Assembly: GCA_041744575.1 (NCBI GenBank) | Contig: JBGTKP010000057.1 | Location: forward strand, 35,821-99,820 | Length of the DNA stretch: 64,000 bases | DNA from: Muriicola sp. | Lineage (GTDB): Bacteria > Bacteroidota > Bacteroidia > Flavobacteriales > Flavobacteriaceae | Reading direction: 5' to 3' | In this document: positions 57,930 through 64,000 of the stretch, in pieces | Numbering within the stretch: the first letter of the stretch is position 1 | Layout: each line of letters begins with the position of its first letter | The notes under the pieces: generated by a model | Database searches by the model: none | The model's input: the letters and a program-made list of their open reading frames with translations, nothing else | Told to the model about the DNA's origin: nothing | Made by a program: the position numbers and the translations under genes

Positions 57930-57965
57930 AAAAAAATAACCCTCCGGACGAATATCAGGAGGGTT
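57930..57965 (-). terminator. Hairpin with a U-tract only on the minus strand (orphan terminator-like element)
   Basis: AACCCTCC (57938-57945) pairs with GGAGGGTT (57958-57965). An A7 run at 57930-36 reads as a T-run after the hairpin on the minus strand. No minus-strand gene lies upstream. Confidence 0.35.
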
Positions 57966-58148
57966 ATACCAAACCAAACTAACCAAAATCTAAATGCTCA
58001 ATAACCAGTTGGGCATCTTTTATAATTAAAATTGAGATTACGCTACTCTAACAATCAATTTTATAATTTAGCGTTTAGGGTATATACGATTCAAAGGGTC
58101 CTGTTGGATGCTGAATGATGCGAATTTTTTGATTTCTTAATCCGGGGG

Positions 58149-58712
58149 ATGAGCACACTTCTCGAGAAACAAATTGTGGAATTGCTCATGGAGCGAAACG
58201 AGCGGGCAATTTCCCTGCTTTATGAGCACTATGCGGACACCCTGTACGGTGTAGCGTATAAAGTGGTGCGGGATGAGGAAATGGCGCAGGACATTCTTCA
58301 GGAGAGTTTTGTTAAGATCTGGAAGAAATCCGATACCTATGACGCTTCAAAAGCCAAGTTGTTTACCTGGCTCTTCAGGATCACCCGCAACGCCGCCATA
58401 GACAAGCTCCGGAGCATCACTACAAAATCTGACAGGGAAATCCAAATGGACGTTTCAGACGTATATAGTTTAGGTGTTGACAGCATCAGACCCGATTTGT
58501 TAGATGTCAAGGAAAACCTTGAAAAAATCGAAAGTAAATACCAGATTGTTTTAGATGCCCTTTTTTTTCAGGGAATGACCCAGCAGGAGGCCAGCGATGA
58601 ACTGGACATCCCTTTGGGAACTATAAAATCCCGTCTGAAAATAGGCCTCCGCGAACTTAAAAAGATTTACGGATCGACTTTGTTACTGCTCACCTCAGTC
58701 ATCTTTTTTTAA
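58149..58712 (+). CDS. ECF-type RNA polymerase sigma-70 family factor
   Basis: 187 aa. Region 2 (DILQESFVKIWK...FTWLFRITRNAAIDKLR) and region 4 (QQEASDELDIPLGTIKSRLKIGL). Confidence 0.9.
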   Translation: MSTLLEKQIVELLMERNERAISLLYEHYADTLYGVAYKVVRDEEMAQDILQESFVKIWKKSDTYDASKAKLFTWLFRITRNAAIDKLRSITTKSDREIQMDVSDVYSLGVDSIRPDLLDVKENLEKIESKYQIVLDALFFQGMTQQEASDELDIPLGTIKSRLKIGLRELKKIYGSTLLLLTSVIFF

Positions 58713-58722
58713 AAGGTTTACA

Positions 58723-59481
58723 ATGAAAGATAAAATACGCATTTTCCTGGATTCGGACCTGCTGGAGAATTACCTGCTGGGATCGGTTTCACAGGAAGAG
58801 TCTCTGCAGGTGGAGCGATATATCGCGATGTATCCCGATGTAAGGAATGCCTACAATGAATTACAGGCCAACCTGGAAGCTTTTGCAAAAATGCATTCCA
58901 AAAAAGCCCCCGAAGGATTAAAAGAACGGATTGTCCTTAATATCAGGAGACAGAATATAGGAAGACGGATCTTTCGACGTCTGTCGATTGCAGCCTGTCT
59001 GGCGGCCGGACTCTTTGCCGGATCTTCCTATTTTTATTGGGATCAGAATCAGGAATTGCAGGAGGAGAATATCCTTGTGTCCAATCAGATAAAAATATTG
59101 GAAGCCGATATGCGGGAACAACTGGAGGATGTAAGAAACCAGTTTATTGTTCTGAACAACCCGCAGACCCTCAAACATGAGGTAAATGGCAACAAGAAAG
59201 CCAGGGAACTGAAGGCAGTAACCTATATCAACCCAGTGAAAAGATTGTCCTTCATTAATGTGAGAAATCTGCCCCACCTTCCCTCTAACCAGTGTTATCA
59301 GATGTGGGCTGAGGTGAATGGCGAGATGGTCAATCTCGGAGTGCTTAAAAATGTAGAAAATAAAGACAAACTTTGGCCTATACCTTATGCGGAAAAAGCC
59401 GTGGGGTATATCACCATCGAACCTCAGGGGGGTAATGATACCCCCACAGTGCAGAATATCGTGGCGAACATTACTTATTGA
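58723..59481 (+). CDS. Anti-sigma factor (RskA-like, single TM)
   Basis: 252 aa. N-terminal zinc-finger-like/anti-sigma region, a central TM helix (LSIAACLAAGLFAG), and a C-terminal QMWAEVNGEMVNLGV...ITIEPQGG domain typical of anti-sigma-K. Confidence 0.8.
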   Translation: MKDKIRIFLDSDLLENYLLGSVSQEESLQVERYIAMYPDVRNAYNELQANLEAFAKMHSKKAPEGLKERIVLNIRRQNIGRRIFRRLSIAACLAAGLFAGSSYFYWDQNQELQEENILVSNQIKILEADMREQLEDVRNQFIVLNNPQTLKHEVNGNKKARELKAVTYINPVKRLSFINVRNLPHLPSNQCYQMWAEVNGEMVNLGVLKNVENKDKLWPIPYAEKAVGYITIEPQGGNDTPTVQNIVANITY

Positions 59482-59570
59482 AAGTAGGACAGCCTGCAAA
59501 TACGCCATTCCTGAGGGGGCAATCTCGTGGAAGGGGTATTTATTTTGTATCTTTACATAAACTACCCTGT

Positions 59571-59771
59571 ATGAAGTTGGTTTTAGTGACTATCGTATTG
59601 CTGGCTATTGCCTTTGCAGGTATTGCCATCAAAATATGGTCCAGAAAGGACGGTAAATTTGCAGGAACCTGTGCCAGCCAGAACCCATATCTGAATAAGG
59701 AGGGGGCGGCCTGCGGGTACTGCGGAAAACTACCCCAGGAACAGGAATGCAGAAGGGAGACTTCCCTCTAA
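59571..59771 (+). CDS. Small single-TM protein with four Cys (NqrM/DUF539-like?)
   Basis: I prefer the start at ATG 59571: MKLVLVTIVLLAIAFAGIAIKIWSRKDGKFAGTCASQNPYLNKEGAACGYCGKLPQEQECRRETSL. The TM helix followed by GxC...CGxCG...C resembles my recollection of Na+-NQR maturation protein NqrM. Confidence 0.45.
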   Translation: MKLVLVTIVLLAIAFAGIAIKIWSRKDGKFAGTCASQNPYLNKEGAACGYCGKLPQEQECRRETSL

Positions 59772-59811
59772 TTCCTTACTGACGGCATACGCCCTCTTAT
59801 TAGTATAAAAT

Positions 59812-60378
59812 TTGGAAATTTCTTCGGAACAACTTAAAGCACATATCGACAAGGCAAAGGAAGGTAATCAGATTGCTTTCAGCAGTCTTCTTGACGCCTT
59901 CTGGAATGACGTCTACGGCTTTCAGTTATTGCGGACGAGGAATGAAAATGATGCGGAGGATATTACCATCCAGACATTTTCCAGGGCTTTTGACCGGATC
60001 CACACCTTTGATGAAGCCTATGAGTTCAAAACCTGGCTTATTACCATTTCCAAGAATATTCACGTAGACCTTATTCGTAAAAATAAGCGGAACGTCCTCG
60101 AAACTTCCGATCATGGCACCAGTGACGCCATTAAAAAGGTCCTGGATGACGCCCCATCTGTAGAAGACCGGTTGATCACCGAACAAAATCTGGCCACCCT
60201 GCTTCTTCATATCAAAGAATTAAAACCACACTATCAGGAAGTCCTGAACCTACGGTATTTCAATGAATGTAGTTACGCGGAAATTGCTGAAAAACTGGGA
60301 GAACCCGTCAATAACATCAAGGTAAAACTTCTTCGGGCCAAGAAACTTCTGGCAGAAAATATCAAATCCAGGGAATAA
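59812..60378 (+). CDS. Second ECF-type sigma-70 family factor
   Basis: 188 aa, TTG start. Region 2 (DITIQTFSRAF...FKTWLITISKNIHVDLIRK) and region 4 (YAEIAEKLGEPVNNIKVKLLRAKKLL). Confidence 0.85.
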   Translation: MEISSEQLKAHIDKAKEGNQIAFSSLLDAFWNDVYGFQLLRTRNENDAEDITIQTFSRAFDRIHTFDEAYEFKTWLITISKNIHVDLIRKNKRNVLETSDHGTSDAIKKVLDDAPSVEDRLITEQNLATLLLHIKELKPHYQEVLNLRYFNECSYAEIAEKLGEPVNNIKVKLLRAKKLLAENIKSRE

Positions 60379-60492
60379 GGCCGGATCTCCCCCTCCGTCC
60401 GCTGTTCCCGGCTTCTTCCATACCCAATAACCCCCCTCCTGATGCCCGCAGGGAAACCTTCCTATTACCTCCGCAGCCGCCAATTTGTTTGT

Positions 60493-60508
60493 ATATTTGT
60501 ACAAATAT
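60493..60508. promoter_or_regulatory. Perfect 16-bp palindrome overlapping a TAnnTTTG box just upstream of lipA
   Basis: ATATTTGTACAAATAT (60493-60508). TATATTTG (60492-60499) matches the -7 consensus. The lipA ATG is at 60514. Confidence 0.3.
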
Positions 60509-60513
60509 TTTAG

Positions 60514-61389
60514 ATGGACACCCAATTGATTTCTCAGACAGAAGCGCCCAAGGGCAAACCTAAATGGATTCGGGTGAAACTGCCTACCGGTAAGAAATAT
60601 ACCCAGCTTCGGGGTCTCGTGGATAAATATGATCTTCATACCATCTGTACCTCAGGAAGCTGTCCCAATATGGGAGAATGCTGGGGTGAAGGCACTGCAA
60701 CCTTTATGATTCTGGGCAATATTTGTACGCGTTCCTGTGGCTTCTGCGGGGTCATGACCGGAAGACCGGGACTCGTGGACTGGGAAGAACCGGAAAAGGT
60801 CGCGAAGTCTATCAAAATAATGGGTATCAAACATGCCGTCGTAACTTCGGTAGACCGCGACGACCTTAAAGATATGGGATCCATCCTGTGGTCGGAAACC
60901 ATAAAAGCCATCAGGCGTATGAACCCGGAGACGACTATGGAGACGCTTATTCCTGATTTTCAAGGAATTCACCTTCATCTGGACCGAATCCTCGAGGCCG
61001 GCCCCGAGGTGATTTCCCATAACATGGAAACTGTAAAGAGACTCACCCGGGAAGTCCGGATCCAGGCTAAATACGAACGAAGCCTTGAGGTGCTATCCTA
61101 TCTTAAGGCCAGTGGAGCGAGGCGGACCAAATCCGGAATCATGCTTGGTTTGGGGGAAAGGGAATCAGAAGTGATAGAGGCCATGGAAGACCTGAGGAAG
61201 GCAAATGTCGAGGTCCTCACCCTGGGGCAATATCTGCAACCCTCCCGTAAACACCTGCCCGTGAAAGAATTCATCCTGCCTGCCCAATTTGAAAAGTACA
61301 GGGAAAAGGGGATCGAAATGGGCTTCAGACATGTGGAAAGCGGCGCTCTTGTACGTTCTTCCTACAAGGCACATAAACACGTGTATTAA
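60514..61389 (+). CDS. lipA: Lipoyl synthase
   Basis: 291 aa. Cys clusters CTSGSCPNMGEC and CTRSCGFC (radical SAM). Confidence 0.95.
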   Translation: MDTQLISQTEAPKGKPKWIRVKLPTGKKYTQLRGLVDKYDLHTICTSGSCPNMGECWGEGTATFMILGNICTRSCGFCGVMTGRPGLVDWEEPEKVAKSIKIMGIKHAVVTSVDRDDLKDMGSILWSETIKAIRRMNPETTMETLIPDFQGIHLHLDRILEAGPEVISHNMETVKRLTREVRIQAKYERSLEVLSYLKASGARRTKSGIMLGLGERESEVIEAMEDLRKANVEVLTLGQYLQPSRKHLPVKEFILPAQFEKYREKGIEMGFRHVESGALVRSSYKAHKHVY

Positions 61390-61482
61390 ATACCTATTAA
61401 TCAGATCTTTTCCCCCTTATATCCGGTCTGTTGCAAATCAGGGGCTCTACAAAGCAGGAAGCACAGCTTGTATCTTTTTTAA

Positions 61483-62493
61483 ATGAAAGAAATTACCATA
61501 GGAATTAACGGTTTTGGGAGAATTGGCCGTACCATGTTCCGGTTGTTAGAGCGGTACCCACACCTTCGTGTAGCCGTCATAAATGACCTTGCAGATAGTA
61601 AAACCCTCTCGCATCTGTTAAAATACGACAGTATACATGGCGTATTCCCGGGAGATATCCGGGTTACTTCCACTGGCTTTATGGCAGGAGATAAGGAGGT
61701 CCGGGTTCTTAATGAGCCTCACCCGAAAGGCATTCCCTGGAAGGACTTTGACGTGGACCTTGTGGTAGAGGCCACGGGAGCGATAAGGACCACAGAGGCC
61801 CTGAATGTCCATCTGGAAAATGGCGCGCGAAAAGTAATACTTTCAGCGCCCCCGGCTGAGGATACAATCAAGATGATCGTACTTGGCGTGAATGAACATA
61901 TTCTGACAGAAGAAGATCATATCATCTCTAACGCTTCATGTACCACAAATAATGCGGCGCCTATGATCAAGGTGATGGATGATTATTTTGGGGTACAGCA
62001 GGCTTACATCACCACCGTTCATTCATATACTTCAGACCAAAGCCTGCATGACAGACCTCATCATGATCTGAGAAGGGCGCGTGCCGCGTCGCAGTCAATC
62101 GTTCCTACCACAACAGGTGCGGCCAAGGCACTGACTCGGATATTTCCCCATCTGTCGGAAGCTATAGGCGGATGTGGCATAAGGGTTCCTGTTCCCAATG
62201 GGTCTTTGACAGATATCACCCTGAATGTGAATAAAATAGCCTCAATTCAGGAAATAAATGATATTTTTAAACGAATTTCAGAAAATGAGCTAAAAAACAT
62301 CCTTTTTTACACGGAAGACCCTATAGTTTCCATAGACATAAACAATAGTTGTTATTCCTGTACGTTTGATTCTCTGATGACTTCTGTTATCGGCAGAATG
62401 GTAAAGATAATTGGATGGTATGACAATGAAACAGGATATTGCAGCCGTATAATTGATGTTATAAATTTATTGATAAATAAGCGATACATTTGA
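61483..62493 (+). CDS. gap: Type I glyceraldehyde-3-phosphate dehydrogenase
   Basis: 336 aa. GINGFGRIGR and SNASCTTN active site. Confidence 0.92.
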   Translation: MKEITIGINGFGRIGRTMFRLLERYPHLRVAVINDLADSKTLSHLLKYDSIHGVFPGDIRVTSTGFMAGDKEVRVLNEPHPKGIPWKDFDVDLVVEATGAIRTTEALNVHLENGARKVILSAPPAEDTIKMIVLGVNEHILTEEDHIISNASCTTNNAAPMIKVMDDYFGVQQAYITTVHSYTSDQSLHDRPHHDLRRARAASQSIVPTTTGAAKALTRIFPHLSEAIGGCGIRVPVPNGSLTDITLNVNKIASIQEINDIFKRISENELKNILFYTEDPIVSIDINNSCYSCTFDSLMTSVIGRMVKIIGWYDNETGYCSRIIDVINLLINKRYI

Positions 62494-64000
62494 ATTGCCC
62501 TTTATCATATCAACGAGTTAAAGCCTGGCGTTTCGTTTTGGCTTTTCTGTGCGTGGCATATACCGCCTCGTCGCAGGATTCGCTACTCCTTACTAAAACT
62601 GTGGATTCCTTCATCAATGACAGCCGGGCCTTTCGAAACCAGAACAAAATAGAACTTTCCCTCGAAGCCCTGGACAAAGCGGCCGCCCTGGCAGAGGAGA
62701 ATGAGAATGAGAAAGCCCTGGTTGATTGTTATCACAATTTTGCCATCCTCAACCTCGGCCTGGACAAGCGCGAACAATGTCTTTTCTACTGGGAACGAGC
62801 CTCAGTCCTCCTCAACCAGCTCGAATATCCGTATGGGCATGCCATTCATAAATACATAGAAGCCCTACTCCTTTTTGGAAACGACAATAAATACCAATCC
62901 CTCTTTGTGCTCAATGAGGCGAAACAACTCAGCAATGACCGGAACCTGCTCAACAATATCCTGTTGCTGGAAGGCACTATCTACAGTGCAATTGAAAAAT
63001 ATGACAGTGCCAGCCTGAACTTTAACTCGCTGGTAGTCAATACGGATATTTATGAAAAGGATTATCTGGCTGCCAAAGCCTATTTGGGGCTATCGAGCTT
63101 ACAGATGGATCAGGGATTGTACAATGAGAGTATAGAAAGTAGTAAAAGCGCCCTGGCGCTGGCCAATTCCGCTCATTTTGCCCGCGAAGTCATTCAGGCA
63201 CATGAAATGCTTGGCAGGAGTTATGAAAAAATTGATCAGTACGATCTTGCCCTGGAACACAGCCGCAGACTCCTGAGGGTGAAGGACTCCGTTTTCACTC
63301 TGGAAAAACTGAAGACCGAGGCCAGGACGGCTGACAAGATTCAGTTTGATATGATGACCGAAACCATCGGCAAACAGGATCAGACCATAGAAGAATTGAA
63401 TGTGAATGTCAACCGTTCCGAAATTACAGCCATCCTGACTTCTGCTTTCCTGACCATTATATCATTGCTGGCTGTTTCACTTTACCGCAATAATCAGATC
63501 AAACTAAAAACGAATGATCTTTTACAAACCAAGAACCGGGAATTGCAGGCAGCAAGGGACGCAGCGGTTCAGGCCATGGAAGCGAAAACCAACTTTCTGT
63601 CTACGGTAAGCCATGAACTCAGGACACCGCTTTATGCCGTTACCGGATTGACACACCTGCTGCTTGAGGAGAATCCGAACGACGATCAGAAAGAACATTT
63701 AAAATCACTGAAATTTTCTGGGGATTATTTGTTGAATTTCATCAATGATATCCTGCAGATCAACAAAATAGAAGCTGACAAACTGGAGCCGCTCACCATC
63801 GAATTCCATCTGAAAAAAGTGCTGAGCGATGTGATTAATTCACTACAGCAGAGTGCCAGGGAAAATAAAACATCCATCATCCTGGAATACGACCCATCAA
63901 TTCCCGGGAATCTGATGGGAGATCCTTTAAAACTCTCTCAGATATTCATGAACCTTGTCGGGAACGCGCTGAAGTTTACCCGTAAAGGGGAAGTGCACGT
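62490..64000 (+). CDS. TPR-repeat sensor histidine kinase, 5' part (runs off window)
   Basis: Not in the track because there is no stop. Frame is open from TTG 62490 (TTGA overlap with the gap stop). Signal-like VKAWRFVLAFLCVAYTASSQ, then TPR-like repeats, a TM helix (ITAILTSAFLTIISLLAV), a coiled coil, H-box FLSTVSHELRTPL and the start of HATPase_c (MNLVGNALKFT). Confidence 0.8.
   Translation, partial: MNCPLSYQRVKAWRFVLAFLCVAYTASSQDSLLLTKTVDSFINDSRAFRNQNKIELSLEALDKAAALAEENENEKALVDCYHNFAILNLGLDKREQCLFYWERASVLLNQLEYPYGHAIHKYIEALLLFGNDNKYQSLFVLNEAKQLSNDRNLLNNILLLEGTIYSAIEKYDSASLNFNSLVVNTDIYEKDYLAAKAYLGLSSLQMDQGLYNESIESSKSALALANSAHFAREVIQAHEMLGRSYEKIDQYDLALEHSRRLLRVKDSVFTLEKLKTEARTADKIQFDMMTETIGKQDQTIEELNVNVNRSEITAILTSAFLTIISLLAVSLYRNNQIKLKTNDLLQTKNRELQAARDAAVQAMEAKTNFLSTVSHELRTPLYAVTGLTHLLLEENPNDDQKEHLKSLKFSGDYLLNFINDILQINKIEADKLEPLTIEFHLKKVLSDVINSLQQSARENKTSIILEYDPSIPGNLMGDPLKLSQIFMNLVGNALKFTRKGEVH

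Noticed and set aside
60250-60639. A 129-aa minus-strand ORF bridging the sigma-factor 3' end, the spacer and the lipA 5' end.
   Set aside because: It overlaps two well-supported plus-strand genes and is created mainly by the C-rich spacer, which reads as Gly/Pro-rich in antisense.
1-64000. Looked for CRISPR arrays, transposases/IS elements, restriction-modification, toxin-antitoxin pairs, retrons or other defence islands.
   Set aside because: There are no regularly spaced direct repeats. No ORF has transposase, Cas, reverse-transcriptase, methyltransferase or nuclease hallmarks. Nearly every long ORF has a housekeeping assignment.

Overview
This window looks like a mostly housekeeping chromosomal segment of a Bacteroidota (Flavobacteriia-like) genome. 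The inference rests on gene order, TAnnTTTG-type promoter boxes, the absence of Shine-Dalgarno sites, and the protein families present.

Layout:
- 1-7.5 kb, minus strand: rpoB 5' end, rplL, rplJ, rplA, rplK, nusG, secE, tRNA-Trp, tuf, tRNA-Thr/Gly/Tyr/Thr, hpf, a Xer-like recombinase and rpsU.
- 7.6-14.8 kb, minus strand: acyl-CoA dehydrogenase, a ComEA-like protein, a Na+/alanine symporter, PspC, DUF2851, rhodanese and two thioredoxin-fold proteins.
- 14.9-16.0 kb: MarR and YceI.
- 16.1-23.0 kb: a complete trpEGDCFBA operon. It is preceded by a WWW leader peptide and attenuator that the ORF track does not list.
- 23-64 kb: M20 peptidase, pyruvate carboxylase, ribosomal protein THX (also not in the track), yaaA, rluD-like, ddl, coaD, a PAS kinase with a receiver protein, M14 peptidase, NUDIX, pyrE, birA, rsfS, ftsH, cdsA, psd, ACBP, creatininase, a two-component pair, valS, aminotransferase, murB, two ECF sigma factors with an anti-sigma factor, lipA, gap, and the 5' part of a TPR sensor kinase.

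I found no CRISPR array, transposase, prophage or recognisable defence island, and no clear multi-gene novel system.

The unexplained signals are non-coding or small:
1. A ~160-nt intergenic element with terminal inverted repeats, present in two ~88% identical copies (26249-26408 and 57770-57927).
2. A ~790-bp stretch with no assignable gene and a GC-rich core (49270-50059).
3. The trp leader and attenuator.
4. A weakly glycine-riboswitch-like leader upstream of the alanine/glycine symporter.
5. Unusually long tRNA spacers that carry ORF remnants.

All family calls come from reading the translations and from memory of conserved motifs. No database search was run.
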